Source: an uncultured delta proteobacterium | GTDB lineage: Bacteria > Myxococcota_A > Polyangia > Polyangiales > Polyangiaceae | NCBI GenBank assembly: GCA_963841435.1 | Contig: CAWJCS010000003.1 | Location: 160,001 to 224,000, forward strand | DNA: 64,000 nt | Direction of reading: 5' to 3' | In this document: piece by piece, positions 19,673 through 29,592 of the stretch | Layout: each line of letters opens with the position of its first letter | How positions within the stretch are numbered: the first letter of the stretch is position 1 | Notes under the pieces: model-generated | The model's database searches: none | Told to the model about the DNA's origin: nothing | Seen by the model: only the letters and a program-made list of their open reading frames with translations | Program-made: the position numbers and the translations under genes

Positions 19673-20676
19673 CCGAGCGGCGCCAAGCGGCGGAGCCGGA
19701 GGATCTCTCGGCGCTCGAGCGAAGGGGCGAGCTCGCTCCCGAGCGCCAGAGCGAGCTTTTTCGCGCGCTCGACGCGAGCGCCACGCTCAGGATAGGGCAT
19801 CAGCTCGGCGTCGATTTCGATGCGGTGCGTCGCGTGCAGGCCGGGGACGAAGCGATCATCGAGCGGGCCTCCGCTGGTGCGCTCGCACGCCCGCCGAGCG
19901 GGCGACGCTTCGGGCGGTTCGCGGCGCTCGTTGCCGCGACGTTCGTCGCGGCCAGCGCCGCCGCGGCCACGGCCGTTTGGGTCCGGAGCGCACCACCCGC
20001 CGCGGTCACTTCGTCCGGACCCGGCCCGCTGCCACCGAGCGCCGTTCACACGCGACGCGGCGCCGCGCGTGCTCCCTCCGGCGAGCGCCCGGCGCCAGCA
20101 ACGCCGGACGGGACGCCGGACGTTGCGGCGGCGCCCGAGCAGGAGTCGCCGGCTCGCTCCCGGTTGCTCGCGGAGCCGGGCGCCGATCGTCGCAACGAGC
20201 CCGCGGGCGCCCGGGCCGAAGACGGTGCCCTCGAGCCTGCGGCGCCCCGGGCGCCCGTCGCGGTAGCGCCCGCTTCGTCGGCGGCCTCACTGTTCCGCGA
20301 CGCCAACGAGGCGCGGCGCGCGGGTGATCTCGCCTCGGCCGCCCGACTCTACTCAGAGCTGCAGGCCGCCTTTGCCGCGAGCCGCGAGGCGCGCGTCTCC
20401 CTCGTCTCGCTCGGCAAGCTTTTGCTCGGCAGCGGTCGCGCCAGCGAGGCCGAGCGGCAGTTTTCGCGCTACCTCGCGGGAGGACGCGGTGATCTCACGG
20501 AGGAAGCGCTGGTCGGACGAGCCGAGTCGCTCGCCCGGCTCGGCCACAGCGGCGAGGAGCAACGTGTTTGGCAAGAGCTGTTGCAGGGTCATCCGTCGAG
20601 CGTGTACGCGGCGCGCGCGCGCGAGCGGCTGGGGCTTGGCTCGGCAACGGAACGCGGGGCTCTGGCTCCTCCGTAG
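19669..20676 (+). CDS. Putative anti-sigma factor: single TM, Pro/Ala linker, C-terminal TPR (cassette 1)
   Basis: GTGA overlap with the ECF stop; TM FAALVAATFVAASAAAATAVW; TPR-like AASLFRDANEARRAGDLASAARLY...LTEEALVGRAE. Confidence 0.75.
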   Translation: MTERRQAAEPEDLSALERRGELAPERQSELFRALDASATLRIGHQLGVDFDAVRRVQAGDEAIIERASAGALARPPSGRRFGRFAALVAATFVAASAAAATAVWVRSAPPAAVTSSGPGPLPPSAVHTRRGAARAPSGERPAPATPDGTPDVAAAPEQESPARSRLLAEPGADRRNEPAGARAEDGALEPAAPRAPVAVAPASSAASLFRDANEARRAGDLASAARLYSELQAAFAASREARVSLVSLGKLLLGSGRASEAERQFSRYLAGGRGDLTEEALVGRAESLARLGHSGEEQRVWQELLQGHPSSVYAARARERLGLGSATERGALAPP

Positions 20677-21769
20677 CGTCGCGACGCTTCTAGCGCTGCT
20701 GCTCCCAACGCACCCCGCGCTCGCCGACGCCCTGACGGCCCCGAGCCGCGAGGCGACAATCACCGTGATCGGCGTGGGCGACACCATCCGCGACCTCGAT
20801 GCTCTGTTCCGAGAGCTCTTGGAGCGCGACGGGGTGACGTGCCACGTCGAGCGTGCAGCGCGCTTCGAGTCCGACGCCCTCTTCTCGCGCGGTGCGGACG
20901 ATCCGAGTGTGGTCGTGTTCGTCGTGCTCGATGCCAGCCGGGCGCGCCTGTACTTCCGCGGCCCGGGCGGCGAGCGCTTCCTCTTCAGGCGGCTTTCACT
21001 GGAAGCGGGCCTCGACGACGTTGGCAAGGAGCTCGTCGGACAGGTCGTCGCATCGTCCATCATGGCGCTCTTGCAGTCGTCCGAGGGGCTGAGCCGGGCC
21101 GAGGCGAGCGTCGAGCTTTCGCGCGACGAGCCCGCGCCGGACGAGCGCCCCCCGGCGCCGCCCGTCGCGGCGCCCGTCGCGCCGTCGCGCGCCGACGGGG
21201 TGAGCGATCGAGCGCGACCGCGGACCTCGCGACGCTCCACGGAGCTGGCCGTCGGCGCGCGTTACGTCGGGCTCTTTTCGGGTCCCGACTTCGGGCTCGC
21301 GCAGGGGCCGGGCATCGAGGCGAGCCTCGGCGTCCGCCTGGGCGTGCTCTTGCGAGTGCGCGTGCTTACCGAGCTACCGTTTCAGCGTTCGCTCGACCTC
21401 GGGGGCATCGCCGCCCGGCTGCGCACCGTCACGCTTCGCGGCATGGCCGACCTCGGCTGGCCGCTCACGAGCGACGGACGCATCGTCGCGGGCTTCGGTG
21501 CCGGCGTCAACTGGGTCACGGTCGCGCCGCGCGCGGCCGCCCCCGAGGTGACCCTCGCCTCACCGACGACGAAGAGCGTCCCCACCCTGCGCGGCGAGGT
21601 GCGCTACGAGCACGCGTTCTCGGCGCTCACGCTCGCTGCGGGCGGTGTCGTCGACTGGGCGCTCGTTCACGCGCACTACGACCTCGACGACGGGGCGACG
21701 CGCCGACGGCTCGCCGCTCCCTTTCAGGTCCGCCCGGGATTCTTCGTGGGCGTCGGGCTCCGCCACTGA
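20636..21769 (+). CDS. Exported protein with Pro linker and predicted C-terminal beta-barrel (cassette 1)
   Basis: Signal peptide ending PALA; amphipathic strands ending FFVGVGLRH. TTG start is approximate. Confidence 0.65.
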   Translation: MARQRNAGLWLLRSVATLLALLLPTHPALADALTAPSREATITVIGVGDTIRDLDALFRELLERDGVTCHVERAARFESDALFSRGADDPSVVVFVVLDASRARLYFRGPGGERFLFRRLSLEAGLDDVGKELVGQVVASSIMALLQSSEGLSRAEASVELSRDEPAPDERPPAPPVAAPVAPSRADGVSDRARPRTSRRSTELAVGARYVGLFSGPDFGLAQGPGIEASLGVRLGVLLRVRVLTELPFQRSLDLGGIAARLRTVTLRGMADLGWPLTSDGRIVAGFGAGVNWVTVAPRAAAPEVTLASPTTKSVPTLRGEVRYEHAFSALTLAAGGVVDWALVHAHYDLDDGATRRRLAAPFQVRPGFFVGVGLRH

Positions 21770-21795
21770 GGTCCGCGAAAAGAGCGGCTCGGAGC

Positions 21796-23022
21796 CTACG
21801 CGCCGGCGGCGCGGCGGGGGACGGCGAGCAGCCGCGCGATGCGCTCACAGGCTTCCTTTATGCGCGGCGGGTCCTCGATGAGCGCAAAGCGCACGTGCCC
21901 GTCGCCGCCCGGTCCGAAGCCGATGCCCGGCGCGACGGCGACGTGCGCCTCCTCGATGAGCCGCGTCGTCAGCTCGATCGAGCCCCGTGCGCCGAGCGCG
22001 GCCGGCAAGGGCGCCCACACGAACATCGTGCCGCTCGGCTCCTCGACGCCGGGCCAGCCGCTCGCGCGAAGTCCATCGACGAGCGTCGTCGCTCGCGCGC
22101 GATAGAGCTCGCGAAGCTCGTCGGCGAAAACGTCCCCGTGCTCGAGCGCCCAGGCGGCCGCGAGCTGGAGCGGCGCGAAGGTGCCGTAGTCATAGTAGTT
22201 CTTGAGGTGCGCGAGCGCGCCGACCATGCGCGCGTTGCCCGCCATGAACGCAATGCGCCAGCCCGGCATGTTGTAGCTCTTCGACATGGAGAAGGTCTCC
22301 ACGGCGAAAGCCTTCACCTCGTCTGCGGGCACGCCGCAGTCGAAGATGCTCGGCGCGTGGCGCACGCCGAAATCGAGGTCAGCGTAGGCGAGGTCGTGAA
22401 GCAGCATGGCGCCCGAGCGCTGGACGGCGCGCACGAGCGCCCCCATCTCCTCGCGCGTCACGACCTGACCCGTGGGATTTTGCGGGTAGTTCGCGATCAC
22501 GAGCTTGGTCCGCCGCCCGCTCGCCGAGATCCGCGCGATCGCCTCGCCGATGGCGTCGCCGGGCGCGATGTCGAGCGCGGCACGATAGAGCTCGACGTCC
22601 GCCCCTGCGATGCGTGGTGCGCCGACGTGGATCGGGTAAGCAGGATCGGGTGACAGCGCCACGTCGCCCCGATCGAGCATCGCGAGGCAGAGATGGCTCA
22701 TGCCTTCCTTGGCGCCCATCGTGATGACGAGCTCCTCTTCCGGATCGAAGCGCACGCCGTAGCGTCGATCGTACCAGGCGGCCGCGGCGAGCCGGAGCGG
22801 TAAGAGGCCGCGCCCCGGGTGGTAGCGATGGTTCTCCGTGGCGTCGGCCGTGGCGTGAAGGCGCTCGACGATCGGCTTCGGTGTCGGTCGATCGGGATTG
22901 CCGAGCCCGAGGTCGATGAGATCCGCACCCGTGGCCCTCACGCGCGCCTTGACGGCGTCGGTCATGACGAAGCCGTAGGGGGGAAGGCTATCGGCGCGTG
23001 GAAAGGGCCAGGCCGGGGTCAT
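21796..23022 (-). CDS. PLP-dependent class I/II aminotransferase (AlaC/LL-DAP aminotransferase-like)
   Basis: IDLGLGNPD, GAKEG, NYPQNPTG, HDLAY, SMSKSYNMPGWR, PGIGFG. Confidence 0.9.
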   Translation of the reverse strand: MTPAWPFPRADSLPPYGFVMTDAVKARVRATGADLIDLGLGNPDRPTPKPIVERLHATADATENHRYHPGRGLLPLRLAAAAWYDRRYGVRFDPEEELVITMGAKEGMSHLCLAMLDRGDVALSPDPAYPIHVGAPRIAGADVELYRAALDIAPGDAIGEAIARISASGRRTKLVIANYPQNPTGQVVTREEMGALVRAVQRSGAMLLHDLAYADLDFGVRHAPSIFDCGVPADEVKAFAVETFSMSKSYNMPGWRIAFMAGNARMVGALAHLKNYYDYGTFAPLQLAAAWALEHGDVFADELRELYRARATTLVDGLRASGWPGVEEPSGTMFVWAPLPAALGARGSIELTTRLIEEAHVAVAPGIGFGPGGDGHVRFALIEDPPRIKEACERIARLLAVPRRAAGA

Positions 23023-23150
23023 CGAGGGCGCTCCCTTATCATGAAACTCCGTAGAAAAGTCTGAATCAGGGGCCACCGGCCGTCGAGCCGGCCCATGGGT
23101 CGGCGGCGCCGAGGCGGTCGCAAGGCGGCGCATGATACGAAGAAGCTTCG

Positions 23151-24179
23151 ATGGTTCGCCTGGAGATCCGGGGCGCGGGCAAGGCCGACGAGGAGGCCGT
23201 TCTCGGCCTCGCGCGCCACCTGAACAGCGTGAACCTACCGAACGATCGGGCCCATATCGTGCGGCTCCTCGACCAGAGTGAGCGGAGCTTTCGCGGCGAG
23301 GTTGCCGAGCGACGCCGAAAGTACGTGTTTTTGATTTGCGAGCGCGACGGCGGGGCGGCGCTCGGCACCTCGACCATCGTGGCTCAGCTCGGGCGGCGCG
23401 ACGCTCCGTACATCTACCTCGACGTCATCGACGAGGAGAAATACTCGAGCGCGCTCGACCGGCACTTCGAGCACACGGTGCTGCGCATGGGCTTCTCCTA
23501 CGACGGCCCCACCGAGCTCGGCGGGCTCGTCGTCGCGCCGGAGCATCGAAGCCGTCCCGAGCGCGTCGGACTCTTGATCTCCTACGTCCGCTTTCTGTAC
23601 GTCGCGACGCACGCGGCGCTCTTCCGCCAGCAGCTCCTCGCCGAGCTCATGCCGCCACTCGAGCCCGACGGCACGAGCCATCTGTGGGAAGCGCTCGGGC
23701 GTCGCTTCACGGGCATGAGCTACGCCGAGGCGGACCTTCTCTCGAGCGAGAACAAGTCGTTCGTTCGCGATCTGTTTCCGAGCGGGAACGTGTACGCTTC
23801 ACTGCTCTCGCCCGAGGCGCAGAGCGTGATCGGCAAGGTGGGCGCGCAGACGCGTGGCGTCGAGAACATGCTGCGCCGCATCGGGTTCCGCTACGCCAGG
23901 CGCATCGATCCGTTCGACGGCGGCCCGCACTTCGTCGCACCGCTCGACGAGGTGACGCTCATTCGCGCGTCGCGAAGGCTCCGGGCCACGATCGGCTCAC
24001 CGCCCTCGGGCGCGGCCCGAGCGCTGATCGGCCGCGACCTCGCCGAAGCACCGTTCTTCCGCGCCGTGGCGGTTCCCGCCGAGCTCGGCGACGACGCGGT
24101 CACGCTGTCGCCCGAGGCGGCGCTTTCGCTCGGCGTCACAGCGAACGACGAGCTCTTGACCCTGCCGCTGCCGAGCTGA
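23151..24179 (+). CDS. astA: Arginine N-succinyltransferase family protein
   Basis: NLPND, DGPTELGGL, LLAELMPP, LWEALGRRFTGMSY, DPFDGGP. Confidence 0.85.
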   Translation: MVRLEIRGAGKADEEAVLGLARHLNSVNLPNDRAHIVRLLDQSERSFRGEVAERRRKYVFLICERDGGAALGTSTIVAQLGRRDAPYIYLDVIDEEKYSSALDRHFEHTVLRMGFSYDGPTELGGLVVAPEHRSRPERVGLLISYVRFLYVATHAALFRQQLLAELMPPLEPDGTSHLWEALGRRFTGMSYAEADLLSSENKSFVRDLFPSGNVYASLLSPEAQSVIGKVGAQTRGVENMLRRIGFRYARRIDPFDGGPHFVAPLDEVTLIRASRRLRATIGSPPSGAARALIGRDLAEAPFFRAVAVPAELGDDAVTLSPEAALSLGVTANDELLTLPLPS

Positions 24180-24239
24180 GCGCGCGATGCGGGCCCGGGT
24201 GGACGCCTCCGGCACGCCGGGGTATTGGCCGCGGCCCGA

Positions 24240-25919
24240 ATGGAAAGCGGCGAGGAAGGCCTGATCGAAGCGCGCCGCGCGAAGCTTGGCCACCTGCGTG
24301 AGCGCGGCAAAAACCCGTTCGCCAACGACGTCGACGCGACCGAGCGCACGCTCGTCGGCGCACTGCGAGAGCGCTTCGCGCCCGCGCTCAGCGGTGACCC
24401 GAGCGAGGAACGCTACGAGCCCGCCGAGGTGGAGAAGCTCGGCGCGGGCCAGCGCTTCCGGCTCTTCGGACGACTCGTGGCGCGGCGCGGCTTCGGCAAG
24501 GCGAGCTTTCTCAGGCTGCGCGACGCGAGCGGCGAAATCCAGCTCTTCGCCAAGATGGACATCATGGGCGACGCCTTCCGAGCGCTCGAGGACATCGACG
24601 TGGCCGACCACGTGGAAGCGCTCGGCCGAGCGATGGTCACGAAGACCGGTGAGCTGTCGATCGAGCTCGCCGAGCTCCGCGTGCTCTCGAAGGCGCTGCG
24701 CCCGCTGCCGGACAAGTGGCACGGGCTCACGGACCCCGAGCTTCGCTACCGCCGCCGCTACGTGGACTTCGTGGCGACGCCGAGCGCGGCGGCCGTGATG
24801 CTCGCCCGCACGTTGATCGTGCAAGCCCTCAGGGATTTTCTCGACCGCGAAGGCTTCGTCGAGGTCGAAACGCCGACGCTGCACACGCTCGTCGGCGGCG
24901 CCGCCGCCCGCCCCTTCACGACGCACCACCACACGCTCGACCTGCCGCTCTTCCTGCGCATCGCGCCCGAGCTCTACCTCAAGCGACTGCTCGTCGGCGG
25001 CTTCGAACGCGTCTACGAGATCGGCCGTTGTTATCGCAACGAGGGAATCAGCACGCGTCACAACCCCGAATTCACGATGCTCGAGTTCTACGAGGCGTAC
25101 GCCACGTACGAGACGCTCATGGCGAAGACCGAGCGTCTGTTTCGCCACGTGGATAGCTTTCTCGACGCGCGGCTCGTCGAACGGGGCAGAGCCGCCGACG
25201 CCGCTCGCTTTCGCGCCGACCGTGCCTTCGTGCTCGACGAGGCGTTCGCGCGCGTCCCCATGCGCGAGGCCGTGCTCGCCTCGCTCGAGCGCGCTTCGCT
25301 CGGAGCGGAGCTCGTCGAGCGGCTGCCTGCGCTCGCCTTCGAGACCAAGTCGGGTACGCCCGCCGACGCCGCCGCCGACGGCTGGGTCGAGGACTACCGC
25401 GCGCGCTCCGAACGCGCCAAAGCCATCGACTGGAGGAACCTCCGGCGCGCGCTCGGCGTCGCCGAAAGCGACGGCGAGCGCTTGTTTCTCGCCTACGAAT
25501 ACCTCGCCGAGCCCTTCCTCGCCGAGGATTACCCGAGCGCCGACGGGCAGAAAAGCCGCCCGGTCTTCATCATCGACTACCCGGCCGAGGTGTCGCCGCT
25601 CGCGCGCCGGAAGGATTCGGACCCCTCGCTGGTCGATCGCTTCGAGCTTTTCGTGCACGGCCGGGAGCTCTGCAATGCCTTCAGCGAGCTCAACGACCCG
25701 ATCGACCAGAAAGAGCGCTTCGAGCGCCAGGCGGAGCTCAAAGCACGTGGCAACGCCGAGGCCATGGATTACGACGCCGACTACGTGATGGCACTCGAGC
25801 ACGGCATGCCGCCCGCCGCAGGCTTCGGCCTCGGCGTCGACCGCCTCGCGATGGCCCTCACGGGCCAGCCGTCGATCCGCGACGTGATCGCGTTCCCCCT
25901 GCTCCGGCCGGAAACCTGA
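24240..25919 (+). CDS. lysS: Lysine--tRNA ligase (class II)
   Basis: GKASF, PLPDKWHGL, RYRRRYVD, GGAAARPF, LRIAPELYLKRL, HNPEFTMLE, GMPPAAGFGLGVDRL. Confidence 0.97.
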   Translation: MESGEEGLIEARRAKLGHLRERGKNPFANDVDATERTLVGALRERFAPALSGDPSEERYEPAEVEKLGAGQRFRLFGRLVARRGFGKASFLRLRDASGEIQLFAKMDIMGDAFRALEDIDVADHVEALGRAMVTKTGELSIELAELRVLSKALRPLPDKWHGLTDPELRYRRRYVDFVATPSAAAVMLARTLIVQALRDFLDREGFVEVETPTLHTLVGGAAARPFTTHHHTLDLPLFLRIAPELYLKRLLVGGFERVYEIGRCYRNEGISTRHNPEFTMLEFYEAYATYETLMAKTERLFRHVDSFLDARLVERGRAADAARFRADRAFVLDEAFARVPMREAVLASLERASLGAELVERLPALAFETKSGTPADAAADGWVEDYRARSERAKAIDWRNLRRALGVAESDGERLFLAYEYLAEPFLAEDYPSADGQKSRPVFIIDYPAEVSPLARRKDSDPSLVDRFELFVHGRELCNAFSELNDPIDQKERFERQAELKARGNAEAMDYDADYVMALEHGMPPAAGFGLGVDRLAMALTGQPSIRDVIAFPLLRPET

Positions 25920-25927
25920 CGCAAGAC

Positions 25928-27706
25928 ATGCCGTTCTTGCTCCTCGCCGCTCCAGCAGCCCCCGCGCGCCGCACCCTCATCACGGGGGAGGTGCCGAGGA
26001 GCATCGTCGAGCGCGTCTGGGAGTCGCTCGGGCTCTGGCCGCGCCTCGGCATCACGCTGCTCGGCGTCGCGATCGTCGCGGCACTCGTCGTTTGGGGCCT
26101 CAGGCTCGTCGCGCGGGGGCGCGCGCGCCGCCTGATTGGCGCGCTCACGACGCTCTTCCTCGCGCTCGGCATCGGCTTCGGATTCTGGTCGCTCCGCCTC
26201 CCCACGCCGCGCGGCTCCTACTTCGTGCTCTGGCATCAGTTCGTCCGCGTCGGCGCCGTGCTGTCGGGGATGGGCTTCATCCTGGGCATGATGGCGCTCC
26301 TCATCCCGAAGGCGTTCGATCGCTTCGAGGGGCGCAGCTTCGTCCCGTTCATCGCCGCGCGCCACGTGCGCTCGCAGAAGAGCGGCTTCCTGACGGTGAT
26401 CAGTCTGCTCTCGATCCTCGGCGTCGCCGTGAGCTCGTTCGCGTTGTGCCTCGTCGTGTCGGTGATGGGCGGCTTCGGTGCGGACCTCAAACGCAAGATT
26501 TTGGGCAACAACGCGCACATCAAGATCGAGTCGACGGCGGGTGTCGGCTTCGACATGTACCGTGACCTCGTCGAAGAGGCGCGGCTCGTCAAAGGCGTCC
26601 GCGCCGCGACTCCCGTTGCGGGCGGCGAGGCGATGGCGTCGAGCTCGTCGAACACCGCAGGCGTGCTCCTGCGCGGCATCGATCCGGTGACGATCGGCAC
26701 CGTCATCGATCTGATGAAGAACATCGAGGTCGGTAAGTTCGCCTATCTCGACGACCCCAATCGCCTCGCGTCGCTGCCACCCGACGAGCCCATCGGCCTC
26801 GGCCCGGGCGGCGAGGTCTACCTCAAGGGTCCGAGCCTCAAGTCGCTCGACGACGACGAGGACGACGAGGTCGACCCTGCCGTGAAAGCGGCGATGGCCC
26901 CCGACGACGCGTACCCCGGCATCGTGCTCGGCCGCGAGCTCGCCAAGACGCTGCACGTTTACGTGGGCGACGAGATCACGCTCGTCTCGCCGCTCGGTGA
27001 TCTCGGCCCGATGGGCGTCTTGCCGAAGAGCCGCAAGTTCCGCGTCGCGGCGATCTTCTACAGCGGCATGTACGAGTACGACTCGAGCCAGGCGTACGTC
27101 ACGCTCGAGACCGCCCAGGATTTCCTGGATCTCCCCGGAAAGATCACCGCGATCGAGATGCGCGTCGACAACACCGATCGCGTCGACGACGAGCGCGAGG
27201 GCGTCGCCGCCGTGATCAAGGATCGCTCCGATCTGCGGGTGCGCGACTGGAAGCAGCTCAACAAGAACCTGTTTTCCGCGCTGCAGCTCGAGAAGGTGGC
27301 GACGTTCGTCATCCTCTCGCTCGCGATCCTCGTCGCGAGCTTTTGCATCATCTGCACGCTGCTCTTGATGGTAACCGAAAAGAGCAAGGAAATCGCGGTA
27401 TTGAAGGCGCTCGGCGCGAGTGATCCGGCGATCCTCCGCATCTTCATGACCGAGGGCATGATGATCGGCGGCATCGGCACCGTGCTCGGCGTCGCGACGG
27501 GCCTCTCGGGCGCGCTCGGCCTTTTGTGGTTCGGCGTGCGCCTCGACCCTGACGTGTACTACATCGACAGGCTTCCCATCTCGGTCGACCCCGTCGACTT
27601 CCTGCTCGTCGCCGTGTCCGCTTTCTTCATCACCACCCTCGCGACCCTTTACCCGGCGCTCGCCGCGAGCCGTCTGCGTCCGGTCGACGGCATCCGCTGG
27701 GAATAA
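25928..27706 (+). CDS. LolC/LolE-type lipoprotein-release ABC permease with N-terminal TM extension
   Basis: SVMGGF, FYSGMYEYD, DWKQLNKNLFSALQLEK, EKSKEIAVLKALGA, LYPALAASRLRPVDGIR; upstream of lolD. Confidence 0.9.
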   Translation: MPFLLLAAPAAPARRTLITGEVPRSIVERVWESLGLWPRLGITLLGVAIVAALVVWGLRLVARGRARRLIGALTTLFLALGIGFGFWSLRLPTPRGSYFVLWHQFVRVGAVLSGMGFILGMMALLIPKAFDRFEGRSFVPFIAARHVRSQKSGFLTVISLLSILGVAVSSFALCLVVSVMGGFGADLKRKILGNNAHIKIESTAGVGFDMYRDLVEEARLVKGVRAATPVAGGEAMASSSSNTAGVLLRGIDPVTIGTVIDLMKNIEVGKFAYLDDPNRLASLPPDEPIGLGPGGEVYLKGPSLKSLDDDEDDEVDPAVKAAMAPDDAYPGIVLGRELAKTLHVYVGDEITLVSPLGDLGPMGVLPKSRKFRVAAIFYSGMYEYDSSQAYVTLETAQDFLDLPGKITAIEMRVDNTDRVDDEREGVAAVIKDRSDLRVRDWKQLNKNLFSALQLEKVATFVILSLAILVASFCIICTLLLMVTEKSKEIAVLKALGASDPAILRIFMTEGMMIGGIGTVLGVATGLSGALGLLWFGVRLDPDVYYIDRLPISVDPVDFLLVAVSAFFITTLATLYPALAASRLRPVDGIRWE

Positions 27707-27727
27707 ACGAGAACGGACGAGCTCAAC

Positions 27728-28417
<690 letters not shown>

Positions 28418-28472
28418 GACCGGCGCCACCCCGCGGGTCGGCGCCTGCGCCGTGGGGGAGACGCAGCCGCGC

Positions 28473-29592
28473 TCAGCTCGCTTTTTCGGTCGCGCGCTGG
28501 GCGTTCGAGAGCAGGTACGCTTCGATGAACGCGTCGAGGTCACCGTCGAGGATGCCCTGCACGTCGCTCGATTCGTGCTCGCTGCGCAAATCCTTCACGA
28601 GCTGGTAGGGCTGGAGCACGTAACTCCGGATCTGGTTGCCCCACGCAATCTGGCCCTTCGCGGCCTCGTAGCGGGCCTGCTCGGCGGCGCGCTTGGCCTC
28701 CTCGAGCTCGTAGAGCTTGCCCTTGAGCATTTTGAGAGCCATCGCGCGGTTTTGGTGCTGGCTGCGCTCGGCGCGACACACGATGACGATGCCGCTCGGC
28801 AGGTGCTTCATGCGCACGGCCGTTTCGACCTTGTTCACGTTCTGACCGCCCTTGCCACCGGCGCGCATGGTCGTGATTTCGAGCTCGGTATCCTTCACGT
28901 CGATCTCGATTTCGTTCTCGACGTCGGCCGTGACCTCGACGGCGGCAAAGCTCGTTTGGCGGCGCGCGTTGCCGTCGAACGGACTGATCCTGACGAGGCG
29001 ATGCACGCCCACTTCCGCACGCAGGTACCCGTAGGCGTTGGGCCCCTGCACGGTGAAGGAGGCGCCGTCGATGCCTGCCTCGTCACCCGCCTGGTAGTCG
29101 ACGATGTCGGTCTTGTAACCGTGGCGCTCGCACCAGCGAAGGTACATGCGCAGCAGCATCTCCGCCCAGTCCTTGGCGTCGGTGCCGCCCGTGCCGGGGT
29201 GGATGCTCACGATGGCGTTGCCGTGGTCGAGCGGACCCGACAGCATGCGGCGCAGCTCCGCTTCGCGAACGCGCGTGCCGAGCGCGGACAACCCCGCCTC
29301 CACGTCGCGCACGACGGCCTCGTCGTTTTCGGCGGCGCCGAGCTCCAGCATCTCCTGCGCCTCGCTGACGTCGCGGCCGAGCTTCTCGATGAGCTCGAGC
29401 TTTTCGACGGCAGCCGCGCGCTTGCGCATCTGCACCTGAGCCTTCTCCTGGTTCTCCCAGAAGCCGGGCTCGCTACCGAGCTGATCCAGCTCGTCGATCA
29501 GTCGCCGAAGGCCGGGGACGTCAAAGAGACCCCCTTAGCGCGTCAACGCGCCGCATGAGGTCGGAGAGTCCGTTGCGTGCTTCGGCGAGCAT
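28473..29592 (-). CDS. prfB: Peptide chain release factor 2, programmed +1 frameshift
   Basis: ATG at 29592 gives [23 protein letters not shown] then TGA; the +1 frame continues DVPGLRR...[11 protein letters not shown] and GGQ motifs present. Confidence 0.97.
29520..29535 (-). other. prfB frameshift signal
   Basis: AGGGGG-TCT-CTT-TGA-C on the minus strand: internal SD plus slippery CUU UGA C. Confidence 0.95.

Noticed and set aside
28473-29435. prfB as a 5'-truncated gene or pseudogene
   Set aside because: Explained by the canonical programmed +1 frameshift.
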